From: Agathobacter sp.
Lineage (GTDB): Bacteria > Bacillota > Clostridia > Lachnospirales > Lachnospiraceae
Assembly: GCA_045120755.1 (NCBI GenBank)
Contig: JBGVFC010000072.1
Coordinates: 1 to 62,056, forward strand
Length of the DNA: 62,056 nucleotides
Direction of reading: 5' to 3'
Shown here one piece after another: positions 18,757 through 28,434 of this stretch. A program made the translations under genes and the position numbers. The notes beneath the pieces are model-generated. The model ran no database searches, had not been told where the DNA came from, and worked only from the letters and a program-made list of their open reading frames with translations. Each line of letters starts with the position of its first letter. The first letter of the stretch is position 1.

Positions 18757-19350
18757 ATGAGTAGTAGTGGATTAGAAATCAGATGGCACGGAAGAGGAGG
18801 TCAGGGCGCCAAGACGGCAGCACTGCTTCTGGCGGATGTAGCCTTTAAGACCGGTGCGTATGTGCAGGGATTTCCGGAATACGGACCGGAGCGTATGGGT
18901 GCGCCGATTACCGCTTATAACCGCATCAGTCAGAATGAGATTCGCGTGCATTCCAATATATATACGCCGGACCTTGTTGTGGTGGTAGATGAGACTTTGT
19001 TAGAGTCTGTGGATGTGACCGCAGGTTTGAAGGAAGATGGAGCAATTATCATCAATACCGAGCACAGCACAGAGGAGATTATTCCTCTGCTGAACGGATA
19101 CAAAGGGCGTGTGTTCACCATTGATGCGAGAACCATTTCTGTTGAGGCACTTGGAAAATATTTCCCGAATTCCCCGATGCTTGCAGCTGCAGTGGCAGTC
19201 AGCGGCGTGATGGAGTGGGAGCAGTTTATTACAGAGATGCGTGCTTCCTATCGGCACAAATTTGCCAAGAAGCCGGAGGTTATTGAGGGCAATATGAGGG
19301 CTCTGACCATGACACATGAGGCCTTGAAGGAACAGTTAATGACAGCATAG
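18757..19350 (+). CDS. 2-oxoacid:ferredoxin oxidoreductase gamma subunit
   Basis: EIRWHGRGGQGAKT and FPEYGPERMGAP motifs. Confidence 0.93.
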   Translation: MSSSGLEIRWHGRGGQGAKTAALLLADVAFKTGAYVQGFPEYGPERMGAPITAYNRISQNEIRVHSNIYTPDLVVVVDETLLESVDVTAGLKEDGAIIINTEHSTEEIIPLLNGYKGRVFTIDARTISVEALGKYFPNSPMLAAAVAVSGVMEWEQFITEMRASYRHKFAKKPEVIEGNMRALTMTHEALKEQLMTA

Positions 19351-19364
19351 AAAAGAGAGAGAAT

Positions 19365-19667
19365 ATGAGAACAGACGTACATACAATCAATGAACATACG
19401 CCGCATCAGAACCTGACAGAAGGACTGATGATGTTTGCGGCAGGAACCTCTAAGGAGTTCAATACCGGAGAGTGGAGAACCAATACGCCGGTATTTCATG
19501 CGGATTTGTGCAAGCAGTGTCTGCTTTGTGCGCCGGTCTGCCCGGACAGTAGTATTCCGGTCAAAGATTCCAAGCGGGGAGATTTTGATTATGACCACTG
19601 CAAAGGCTGTGGTATTTGTGAGAAAGCGTGTCCATTTGGGGCAATTACGATGAAGGAGGGCAGATAA
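19365..19667 (+). CDS. 2-oxoacid:ferredoxin oxidoreductase delta subunit (2x[4Fe-4S])
   Basis: TGEWR, CKQCLLCAPVCP and CKGCGICEKACP motifs. Confidence 0.93.
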   Translation: MRTDVHTINEHTPHQNLTEGLMMFAAGTSKEFNTGEWRTNTPVFHADLCKQCLLCAPVCPDSSIPVKDSKRGDFDYDHCKGCGICEKACPFGAITMKEGR

Positions 19668-19669
19668 TC

Positions 19670-20851
19670 ATGGCAAGAAAAGACAGAATGTCAGGAAACG
19701 AAGCGGTTGCATATGCCATTCGACAGGTCAATCCGGATGTTATGCCGGCATTTCCGATTACGCCGTCCACAGAGATTCCGCAGATGGTTTCTACCTATAT
19801 TGCAAATGGACAGATGGATACGGAGTTCATTCCGGTAGAGAGTGAGCATTCCTCCATGAGTGCAACAATCGGAGCGGAGGCGGCAGGTGCAAGATCTCTG
19901 ACCGCAACCTCATCCGCCGGACTGGCACTGATGTGGGAGGAACTTTTGCTTGCGGCAAGTAACCGTATGCCGTGTGCGCTTGCGCTGGTCAATCGTACAT
20001 TGTCCGGCCCAATCAATATCAACTGCGACCATTCCGATGGAATGGGTGCAAGGGATACCGGATGGATTCAGATTTATGCGGAGAGCAATCAGGAGGCATA
20101 TGATAATTTTATCCAGGCATATCCGATTGCGGAGGACCCGCGTGTACACCTTCCGATTATGATCTGTCAGGATGGTTTCATCACCAGCCATGCCGTGATG
20201 AATATTGAACTTCTCGAGGATGAGGAGGTTCGCGGTTTTGTCGGTGAATATCATCCGGAGGAATATCTGCTCAATCCGGGCAAGCCGATTGCAGTCGGTC
20301 CGTATTCTGTTTCCAATTATGCAATGGAAGCCAAGAAAAATCAGGAGATTGCATTGGAAAATTCCAAAGAAGTCATTTTGGAGGTCGCTAAGAAATTTGA
20401 AGCCCTCTCGGGAAGAAGCTATGGATTGTTTGAGGAATACCGCACAGAGGATGCTGACTATATTATGCTTTTGATTGGTTCTGCGGCAGGAACAGCCAAG
20501 CAGGCGGTTGATGATCTGCGAAAGCAGGGCTGGAAAGTCGGCGTACTGAAGCTAAGAGTATTCCGTCCGTTCCCGGCAGAGGAGATTGCGCAGGCGTTGA
20601 AGAACTGCAAGGCGGTTGCAATCATGGACAGGACAGAGAGCTACAATGGCAACGGTGGTCCGTTGGGCAGCGAAGTGATGGCAGGTCTGTTCCGCAGCCG
20701 TGTGATGATAGAGGCGGTAAATTATATTTACGGACTTGCCGGAAGAGATTTTACGGTAGAAGATGTCTATCATGTTTTTGCCGAGCTGAAGGATTCCGTA
20801 GAGCATGGAATCCGGTTGGAGCAGTTTAAATATATCGGTTTGCGCGAGTAA
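19670..20851 (+). CDS. porA: 2-oxoacid:ferredoxin oxidoreductase alpha subunit
   Basis: GNEAVA, FPITPST, VESEHS, TATSS.GL and DGF..SH motifs. Confidence 0.93.
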   Translation: MARKDRMSGNEAVAYAIRQVNPDVMPAFPITPSTEIPQMVSTYIANGQMDTEFIPVESEHSSMSATIGAEAAGARSLTATSSAGLALMWEELLLAASNRMPCALALVNRTLSGPININCDHSDGMGARDTGWIQIYAESNQEAYDNFIQAYPIAEDPRVHLPIMICQDGFITSHAVMNIELLEDEEVRGFVGEYHPEEYLLNPGKPIAVGPYSVSNYAMEAKKNQEIALENSKEVILEVAKKFEALSGRSYGLFEEYRTEDADYIMLLIGSAAGTAKQAVDDLRKQGWKVGVLKLRVFRPFPAEEIAQALKNCKAVAIMDRTESYNGNGGPLGSEVMAGLFRSRVMIEAVNYIYGLAGRDFTVEDVYHVFAELKDSVEHGIRLEQFKYIGLRE

Positions 20852-20867
20852 GCGGGAAGGAAAACAT

Positions 20868-21809
20868 ATGAGCAACTATAATTTAAAAGAAGTTATGAAT
20901 AAACCGGAGCGCCTTGCCCCGGGACACCGTATGTGTGCCGGATGCGGTGCCACAATTGGTGTACGTGCAGTCCTTCGTGCACTGCATGAAGGAGATCATG
21001 CGGTGATTGGCAATGCTACCGGATGTCTGGAGGTATCTTCCTTCATGTATCCGTACACAGCATGGGAGGACAGTTATATTCACAATGCCTTTGAGAACGC
21101 CGGCGCAACATTAAGCGGTGTCGAGACAGCTTACAGGGCATTGAAGAAGAGAGGCCGTATTCCGGAGGATGTGAACTACAAGTTCATTACCTTTGGCGGA
21201 GACGGCGGCACCTATGATATCGGCTTCCAGTCCTTGTCTGGGGCGATGGAGCGTGGACACGATATGGTATATGTGTGCTATGACAACGGTGCATATATGA
21301 ATACCGGTATTCAGCGTTCTTCTGCGACTCCGATGTATGCGGACACAACCACAACACCGGTAGGAACACAATCCAATGGAAAAATGCAGAACCGCAAGGA
21401 TCTTGCGAGCATCATTGCAGACCATGATGTGCCATATGTGGCACAGACCACACTTACCAGAGATTTCAAGGATTTGCACCTGAAAGCAGAAAAGGCAATC
21501 TACACCGAGGGCGCATGCTTTTTGAATATCATGACACCATGTCCAAGAGGCTGGAGATATGATACCGCCGATGTCATGAAAATCTGCAAGCTGGCAGTAG
21601 AAACCTGTTACTGGCCGTTGTTTGAAGTGGATCATGGAAAGTGGAAGCTGACCTACGAGCCGAAGAAGAAGCTTCCAATCGAAGACTTTTTGCGTGAGCA
21701 GGGCAGATTCAAGCATCTGTTTAAGCCGGGCAATGAAGACCTTCTCGTCCAGTTCCAGGCTGAGGTTGACCGCCGTTGGGAAGACCTGCAGTATAAATGT
21801 GCACGTTAA
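20868..21809 (+). CDS. porB: 2-oxoacid:ferredoxin oxidoreductase beta (TPP-binding) subunit
   Basis: GH..CAGCG, ATGCLEV, GGDGG..DIG, YDN..YMNTG.Q and PCP.GW motifs. Confidence 0.93.
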   Translation: MSNYNLKEVMNKPERLAPGHRMCAGCGATIGVRAVLRALHEGDHAVIGNATGCLEVSSFMYPYTAWEDSYIHNAFENAGATLSGVETAYRALKKRGRIPEDVNYKFITFGGDGGTYDIGFQSLSGAMERGHDMVYVCYDNGAYMNTGIQRSSATPMYADTTTTPVGTQSNGKMQNRKDLASIIADHDVPYVAQTTLTRDFKDLHLKAEKAIYTEGACFLNIMTPCPRGWRYDTADVMKICKLAVETCYWPLFEVDHGKWKLTYEPKKKLPIEDFLREQGRFKHLFKPGNEDLLVQFQAEVDRRWEDLQYKCAR

Positions 21810-21821
21810 GATGATAATTAG

Positions 21822-21863
21822 AAAGTCTCCTGAGACTGCTATGCAGTCCGGGAGACTTTTTTT
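21822..21863 (+). terminator. Terminator after the por operon
   Basis: AAAGTCTCC..GACTGC / GCAGTC..GGAGACTTT followed by a T tract. Confidence 0.8.
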
Positions 21864-21976
21864 CCAGTAGATTTTCTCTTGTTTCCCCTATTTTTTTGAG
21901 TATAATGTGAAGTGACAAGGCGGATTATGTGGTCAGAATAGTTGGTCGCACATGGCATGGCAGCAAGGAGGAGAGC

Positions 21977-22864
21977 ATGACATTACTAACATATCAGGTC
22001 TTTAAGACCGTAGCAGAAATAGGAAGCTTTCACAAAGCAGCAGAGATTATGGGACTTACCCCGTCTGCCATCAGTCATGCAATTTCTTCCATGGAGGCAG
22101 AGCTTGGATTTTCGGTGCTGACCAGAAGCAAATCGGGAATCAGCCTGACGAATTACGGGGAGCGTCTTCTGCCTTATGTCAATGCGGTACTGAACAGTGA
22201 TGAGAGCTTAAAACAGGCAATTGCAGAGATGAACGGACTCAAGACCGGAAAGGTCAAAATTGGAGTGTTTTCCAGTGTATGTACGAACTGGCTTCCGGAT
22301 ATTCTGCGCTCTTTTCAGGAAAAATACGAGGGAATCATCATCGAGGTATTTCAGGGAACGTATGATGATGTTGCCTACTGGATTAAAAACGGTGTGGTGG
22401 ATCTGGGATTTCTGTCGGTATCCAGCGCGAAGGATATTCCGATTGAGCCGCTGTACACGGATCCGTTAATCTGTGTCATGCCAAAAGGGATGAAGGATGG
22501 AAAAAATCCGGATTATGTGGACATTGAGGAGATGCGCAATCACCAGTTTGTGACACAGAGGGAATGTACAGATGCGGATATACAGAATTTCCTCAAGGAG
22601 AACAAATTGCGCATCCAGTCGAATTATCATGTGGTGGATGATACGTCCACGATTCGGCTTGTAGAAAAAGGCTTCGGAATCTGCCTTATGCCGGAACTGG
22701 TTATGCGGGATATCTCCTATGATGTGGAAGTGTACCCGATTCAGCCGCAGGCATGCCGGATTATCGGTATTGCGGCGATGAATCCGAACTTCATGGCCCC
22801 GGCAGTCCGCATTATGTATAATCATATTTTAGACAATTACAGAGAAGGACAATATCATGAGTAA
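21977..22864 (+). CDS. LysR-family regulator
   Basis: F..VAE.GSF.KAA....TPSAISH.I..ME.ELG helix-turn-helix. GGAGG RBS before ATG 21977. Confidence 0.93.
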   Translation: MTLLTYQVFKTVAEIGSFHKAAEIMGLTPSAISHAISSMEAELGFSVLTRSKSGISLTNYGERLLPYVNAVLNSDESLKQAIAEMNGLKTGKVKIGVFSSVCTNWLPDILRSFQEKYEGIIIEVFQGTYDDVAYWIKNGVVDLGFLSVSSAKDIPIEPLYTDPLICVMPKGMKDGKNPDYVDIEEMRNHQFVTQRECTDADIQNFLKENKLRIQSNYHVVDDTSTIRLVEKGFGICLMPELVMRDISYDVEVYPIQPQACRIIGIAAMNPNFMAPAVRIMYNHILDNYREGQYHE

Positions 22865-23705
22865 CAGAGAAATAATCAGACAGGAATATTATACAGGAGA
22901 GCGTTCCTTATTTCAGGGCAATGACTTAGAGATTTACGATACTGTTTTTGGAGAGGGGGAATCCCCGCTCAAGGAGAGCCGTAATATTTATCTGGAAAAT
23001 ACCCTGTTTCAATGGAAATATCCGCTTTGGTACAGCACGCACATTACCGCGAAGAACTGTACCTGGTATGAGATGGCAAGAGCCGGAGTATGGTACACGG
23101 ATGATATCACGGTGGAGAATGCAATCATAGAGGCACCCAAGAATTTCAGGCGGTGCAACGGTGTGCGCTTGTCTGATGTGACCTTTTCCGATGCGAAGGA
23201 GACCTTGTGGAACTGCAGGAATGTAACACTTGGGAATGTGACAGCGAATGGGGATTATTTTGCGATGAACAGCACGGATATGCAGGTAGACAATTTCCGG
23301 CTGACCGGCAACTATTCTTTTGATGGCTGTAAAAATGTGGAAATCCATAATGCGCGGATGCTGTCGAGGGACGCGTTCTGGAACAGCGAGAATATCACGG
23401 TATATGATTCGTTTATTTCCGGGGAATATCTCGGATGGAATGCAAAGAACCTGACACTGGTTAACTGTACGGTAGAGAGTCTGCAGGGGATGTGCTACAT
23501 TGACAATCTTGTGATGAAGAACTGCAAGCTCATCAACACAACGCTTGCCTTTGAATACTCCACCGTAGATGTGGAAATCAGCAATACCATTGACAGTGTG
23601 CTCAATCCGTCCGGTGGATGTATCCGTGCCGATCATATCAAAGAACTTATCATTGAGCCGGATAAAGTGAATCCGGATAAGACCATCATCAAAGTGACGG
23701 AGTAG
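22857..23705 (+). CDS. DUF3737-family protein (parallel beta-helix-like repeats)
   Basis: GERSLF, GESPLKES, WKYPLW, APK.FRR and GEYLGW motifs; repetitive N-C-x-N/V pattern. Overlaps the LysR stop. Confidence 0.85.
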   Translation: MSNREIIRQEYYTGERSLFQGNDLEIYDTVFGEGESPLKESRNIYLENTLFQWKYPLWYSTHITAKNCTWYEMARAGVWYTDDITVENAIIEAPKNFRRCNGVRLSDVTFSDAKETLWNCRNVTLGNVTANGDYFAMNSTDMQVDNFRLTGNYSFDGCKNVEIHNARMLSRDAFWNSENITVYDSFISGEYLGWNAKNLTLVNCTVESLQGMCYIDNLVMKNCKLINTTLAFEYSTVDVEISNTIDSVLNPSGGCIRADHIKELIIEPDKVNPDKTIIKVTE

Positions 23706-23718
23706 GGAGGAACGGACG

Positions 23719-24870
23719 ATGTACGATTTTGACCAGGTGATTGACAGAAGAAATACAGGCTCCTACAAGTGGGACATCAGAGAGGGCGAGCTTGCCATGT
23801 GGGTAGCTGACATGGATTTTCAGGCAGCGCCGGAGATTCGAAAAGCAATGCTGGAACGCATTGAGCATGGTGTGTTTGGCTACTCTGTCATCCCCAAGGA
23901 GTGGAATGCGGCATATGTGGACTGGTGGGAGAGAAGACATCATTTTACCATGGAGGCGGACTGGCTGGTGTTCTGTACAGGCGTCGTACCCGCACTCTCC
24001 AGTTGTGTGCGCAAGCTGACCACACCTGCGGAAAATGTCCTTATTATGACTCCCGTGTACAATATTTTTTTCAATTCGATTTTAAATAATGGGCGCAATG
24101 TCTTAGAGACCAGACTCGTCTATGAGGACGGAGCGTACCATATTGATTTTGACGATTTGGAAGCGAAGCTGAAAAACTCGCAGACGACTCTCATGATTCT
24201 GTGCAATCCACATAATCCGATTGGAAAATTGTGGGATAAGCAGACCTTAGAGAGAATCGGGCATCTGTGTGCGCAGAACCATGTAGTTGTCATATCGGAT
24301 GAGATTCATTGCGACCTTGTCAGACCGGGCAGAGAGTATATTCCGTTTGCATCGGTATCCGACGAATGCCGGATGAACAGCGTAACCTGTATTGCTCCAA
24401 CCAAATGCTTTAATCTGGCGGGACTCCAGAGTGCAGCTGTCTGTGTACCGAACCCTGTCCTGCGCCATAAAGTGTGGAGAGCACTGAATACGGACGAAGT
24501 TGCGGAGCCGAATGCATTTGCAGTAACGGCGACAGTCGCGGCCTTTACGAAGGGGGAGCAATGGCTGAATGAGCTCAACCAATACATACAGGAGAATCGC
24601 CGGTATGTATGTGAATTCATAGAAAAAGAAATTCCACAGCTTTCCGTTGTGGAATCGGAGGCAACCTATCTGCTCTGGATTGATTGTACCAAAGTGCTTC
24701 GCAGTGACAGAGAACTCCAGCCGTTTTTGCGGGAAAAGGCAGGGCTCTATCTGTCGGCAGGAGAAGAATATGGCGGTGACGGAGCCAATTTCCTCCGCAT
24801 GAATATCGCCTGCCCGCGCAGTGTGGTAGAGGAAGGCTTAGCCCGCCTGAAGCGAGGATTAGAGATGTAA
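23719..24870 (+). CDS. MalY/PatB-family PLP-dependent C-S lyase
   Basis: KWD, MWVADMDF, LCNPHNP.G, SDEIH.D and the PLP lysine motif APTKCFNLAG. Confidence 0.93.
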   Translation: MYDFDQVIDRRNTGSYKWDIREGELAMWVADMDFQAAPEIRKAMLERIEHGVFGYSVIPKEWNAAYVDWWERRHHFTMEADWLVFCTGVVPALSSCVRKLTTPAENVLIMTPVYNIFFNSILNNGRNVLETRLVYEDGAYHIDFDDLEAKLKNSQTTLMILCNPHNPIGKLWDKQTLERIGHLCAQNHVVVISDEIHCDLVRPGREYIPFASVSDECRMNSVTCIAPTKCFNLAGLQSAAVCVPNPVLRHKVWRALNTDEVAEPNAFAVTATVAAFTKGEQWLNELNQYIQENRRYVCEFIEKEIPQLSVVESEATYLLWIDCTKVLRSDRELQPFLREKAGLYLSAGEEYGGDGANFLRMNIACPRSVVEEGLARLKRGLEM

Positions 24871-24878
24871 GTTGATTT

Positions 24879-25057
24879 TCCCTTTTTACATTTGCATTTC
24901 TAAGAATGAATTTGCCTATGCTATTGCAGACCGTAAAGCAACGTCGGTACTTAATAAGCGCTTTTTGCGAATTTAGTACCGCTACGTTGCGATTCGAGCG
25001 GGAGCGTGTCTGCAATAGCATAGGCAAATTCATTTAGTACATTTTTGTAAAAAGGGA
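24879..25057. repeat. Family-1 hairpin element, longest copy (MITE/REP-like)
   Basis: TCCCTTTTTACA ... TGTAAAAAGGGA termini with nested inverted repeats throughout. GATTT directly flanks both ends. Confidence 0.85.
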
Positions 25058-25065
25058 GATTTATT

Positions 25066-26298
25066 TTAGTGCTTTCTTCGGCAGGGCAGCACAATCTGGA
25101 ACTCCACCCACTTCCCGTAATCACTCTTGACATCAATATGTCCCTGATGCTGATTGACAATCGCGCTGGCGATGGACAGGCCAAGGCCGTAATGGTTGTC
25201 TGAGCGCTTGCGGGCAAGGTCACTGCGGTAAAAGCGGTGGAAAATTTTGTCCAATTCCTCCGGTGCAATTCCCTGTCCGGTGTTATAGACGCTAAGAGTT
25301 ACGGTGCGCCGCAGAGGCTGTGCGTGAAGGCCGATGCGGATGGTGCCGTTCTTTTCCCCGTAGGTGATGGCATTGCTGACGAGGATTGTGGCAAGCTGGG
25401 TGAGCTGCTGCCGGTTTCCCCAAAATCGAATGTCGGAATCAATGTCAAAATCCATCAGCATATGGTGTTCAAATGCAAGGGATTCCATGGGAAGTATGAC
25501 GCCATAGAGTTCACTGCTCAAATCAAATTCTTCAAATGTCTCCATCTCAGGCATTCGCTCCGAATGCACCAGTTCCATCAGGCTTTTTACCAGAATATCC
25601 ATGCGGTGGGTTTCGTTGGCAATGTAGGTAAGCCAGCGGTTGTCACCAATTTCATTCTGAAGGACATTCACATTTGCGGAAATCACTGCAACCGGAGTCT
25701 TCAGTTCATGCTCGGCATCGGTGATAAATTGCTGCTGTTGTTCCATCGTTTTCGTGATGGGAAGTGTCAGATATTTGATGGAATACCTTACCAGTATCAG
25801 AATGACAAACCATGTCACCACTCCGGCAACGGTGGATATGGTAATGGTTTTCCGTGTATAGGAATATCCCACCGAGTTGTCCAGCAGAAGAATCCGGTCG
25901 CCGTTGTAGCGGTAGTAGTAGATGCCGTGATAACTGCCGAACAGTTTGTTGTTATTGCGGATGCCGGACAGAAGATCAAGGATACGGTCCTCGGAGATGC
26001 CGGAACCGTTCCGGTTCAGTACGGAGGTCATGTTGCCGGAAGCATCCAGCATAACGGTGACCGCCTGCGAGTTCTGATAAGGACTGTTTTGGATTTCGAG
26101 TGCCTCATCGGCAGCCATCTCGGAGGTCGCAATGCTTCGCAGATAGCTGCGCGCGACCTGTTTGTTCGACAGAAAAATCCAGTAATTGATGATAAGAATC
26201 AGACCAACGATGATGATGGTGGCAAAAATCATGACAATGAAAAGGATTCGGTGCCGTAGAGTGGTGATGGCGTGGTTTTCATTACTTTTAGGTCTCAT
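25066..26298 (-). CDS. Sensor histidine kinase
   Basis: Two TM segments, H-box FITDAEHELKTP, N-box, and G boxes (NTGQGI, GLGLSIA). Likely start is ATG 26298. Confidence 0.92.
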   Translation of the reverse strand: MRPKSNENHAITTLRHRILFIVMIFATIIIVGLILIINYWIFLSNKQVARSYLRSIATSEMAADEALEIQNSPYQNSQAVTVMLDASGNMTSVLNRNGSGISEDRILDLLSGIRNNNKLFGSYHGIYYYRYNGDRILLLDNSVGYSYTRKTITISTVAGVVTWFVILILVRYSIKYLTLPITKTMEQQQQFITDAEHELKTPVAVISANVNVLQNEIGDNRWLTYIANETHRMDILVKSLMELVHSERMPEMETFEEFDLSSELYGVILPMESLAFEHHMLMDFDIDSDIRFWGNRQQLTQLATILVSNAITYGEKNGTIRIGLHAQPLRRTVTLSVYNTGQGIAPEELDKIFHRFYRSDLARKRSDNHYGLGLSIASAIVNQHQGHIDVKSDYGKWVEFQIVLPCRRKH

Positions 26299-26980
26299 AT
26301 AAAATCTCCGTATCCAGTGAATAGCCGAGTCCACGGGTTGCTTTGATGCTGACATGCGACTCCACGAAGGAGAGCTTTTTCCGCAGGAAGGAAATATATA
26401 CCTCAAGCATATTGTACTCGGCATTGGTGTCAACGCCCCATACGCGGGCAATCAGCCATTCCTTCTGGCAGATGGCGCCCTTTTGCCGCATCATCAGTTC
26501 TAAGAGATACAGCTCCTTGGAAGCAATGTGAATGGATTTGCCGGACGAGGTGCAGACCAGATTCGCCTGCTCCGGATAAAGAATCAGGTCGCCGTAGGCA
26601 ATCTCACCGGAAGGCTCATCGGAATTATTGCGCGTGATTGCGCGAATGCAAGCCAGCAGCTCCTGCGGCTCAAACGGTTTTGTCAGATAATAGTTGGCAC
26701 CGCTGTCCAGACCGCGGACACGGTTTTCCAGTTCGGTAAGTGCCGTGAGAATGAGCACCGGAGTCGCAATTTTCTGGTGGCGAAGTTCCTTTAGAATCTC
26801 AAAGCCATCCATGCCCGGAAGCATCAGATCCAGCAGAATCACATCATAACTGTCGGTCAGTCCCTCGTCGAGACCGCTGTTCCCGTCATTGCAGATGGTT
26901 ACCAGATAGTGTTCTTTTTTCAGAATCTGACAGATTGCATCGGCTAAGCCGATTTCGTCTTCTATGAGTAAAATCTTCAT
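26288..26980 (-). CDS. OmpR/PhoB-family response regulator
   Basis: LIEDE, LDLMLP..DG, YLTKPF and the winged-helix EVYISFLRKKL...RG.GY. Confidence 0.94.
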   Translation of the reverse strand: MKILLIEDEIGLADAICQILKKEHYLVTICNDGNSGLDEGLTDSYDVILLDLMLPGMDGFEILKELRHQKIATPVLILTALTELENRVRGLDSGANYYLTKPFEPQELLACIRAITRNNSDEPSGEIAYGDLILYPEQANLVCTSSGKSIHIASKELYLLELMMRQKGAICQKEWLIARVWGVDTNAEYNMLEVYISFLRKKLSFVESHVSIKATRGLGYSLDTEILYET

Positions 26981-27001
26981 GAAAATCTCCAATATAAAAA
27001 T

Positions 27002-27034
27002 TTCAAGGTTATTTCAAGGTTTCTTCGGTATAGT
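27002..27034 (+). promoter_or_regulatory. Direct-repeat response-regulator site and -10 of the ABC operon promoter
   Basis: TTCAAG-N5-TTCAAG (27002-27018), then 10 bp, then TATAGT (27029-27034). Confidence 0.65.
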
Positions 27035-27128
27035 GTAACAAGTAAAAGTGGCGGAGTCTGTTTTGCCGCTACATACTTATAATAATCTGAAATAAAAGAA
27101 TGTCAAGAAATCTGAGGAGGACAGGAGC

Positions 27129-28412
27129 ATGAAGAGGCAATTTGCAAAAGCAGTATCGGTTGCACTGGTTTCGGCAATGGCGGCAGGAATGTTAGCGGGA
27201 TGTGGAGAGAATTCCGTTACCAATGCCGATGGAGAGATTGAGATTACATTTCCGTGTATCTGGGTAGGTACCGACAGCAAGGCGGAAGTATTCGGGCAGA
27301 TGGTAGAAGCGTTTAACGAGGAATATGACGGACAGTACCATGTAAAAATCGAGGACCAGAGTGATTATGATGCGTATCAGGACTCCATCCGGACACAGAT
27401 TACGAACGGAAAAGCGCCGGATGTATTTACCGTCAAGACGCAGGCGGATGTAGAGTATTATGCTTCCTCCGGCAAGGTGATGGATCTGACTGATTTTCTG
27501 GAAGAAGATATTGCAGACAATTTTGTGCAGGGAGCGGTTGACAATGCCAAGGTGGATGGTGTCAATTATGCGGTGCCGTATGAGATGGCATACATCCCGA
27601 TTATGTACAATCAGGCAGAGCTGGATGAGGCAGAGACCGCCGTTCCGGCCAGCTTTGAGGAACTGTGGGAGACCTGTGATGCACTGCAGGATTCCGGTGT
27701 GACGCCGATGTGCCAGATGACGGGAGGCGGCAATGCGTGGACGACGATGCTGTGGTATTCCTATGCGCTGGCTGCATGCGGCGGGGCAGATGTATATGAT
27801 AAGGACTATACGGATGAGGCATATGTCAAGGCTGCAGAGCTGGTTCAGGAAATGTACAATTACACCAATTCCGATGCAGTTGGTGCGGATGCATCCGTGG
27901 TCAATGGCCATTTCTTCAATGGAGATGATGCTATCTATACCAACGGTACCTGGATTTTAGGACGTATCAACTCAGAGGAGGCAACCTATCCGGATTTGTA
28001 TCAGAATCTGACTTTGGGAGCCGGCCTTTCGAATGAAGGGGCAAACGGCAATGCATTCATCAGCTATTGTCAGGCATACATCATGGTAGGAGCGCAGGAA
28101 AATGAGCAGAAGGAAGAGGCAATCAAGACATTTCTTGCCTACATTACAGACAAACAGCGCGTCTTAGAGCTGGCAAATTCTTCCGGTTCCTTATTTGCAA
28201 TCGATGTTGATTCTGCACAGCTTACGAACGAGAAGGCTGCCGAGGCATATGATTTATGCAAAAATGCATCCTTCGTTATCCCATCCTTTGAAGCACAGGC
28301 AAGTACGGAGGTTGCCAATGCATTCCGTTCGCTGTTAGAAGAACTGGTACTGGGTGATATTACACCGGAACAGTTTGCCGCAGGACTGGCAGAGGCTGAG
28401 AACAAACAGTAA
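27129..28412 (+). CDS. Carbohydrate ABC transporter substrate-binding lipoprotein
   Basis: Lipobox LAGC; APDVF, YAVP, MYN and F.NG..A.Y.NG.W features of CUT1 binding proteins. Confidence 0.9.
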   Translation: MKRQFAKAVSVALVSAMAAGMLAGCGENSVTNADGEIEITFPCIWVGTDSKAEVFGQMVEAFNEEYDGQYHVKIEDQSDYDAYQDSIRTQITNGKAPDVFTVKTQADVEYYASSGKVMDLTDFLEEDIADNFVQGAVDNAKVDGVNYAVPYEMAYIPIMYNQAELDEAETAVPASFEELWETCDALQDSGVTPMCQMTGGGNAWTTMLWYSYALAACGGADVYDKDYTDEAYVKAAELVQEMYNYTNSDAVGADASVVNGHFFNGDDAIYTNGTWILGRINSEEATYPDLYQNLTLGAGLSNEGANGNAFISYCQAYIMVGAQENEQKEEAIKTFLAYITDKQRVLELANSSGSLFAIDVDSAQLTNEKAAEAYDLCKNASFVIPSFEAQASTEVANAFRSLLEELVLGDITPEQFAAGLAEAENKQ

Positions 28413-28434
28413 TATAAAGGAAATAGATGTATTT

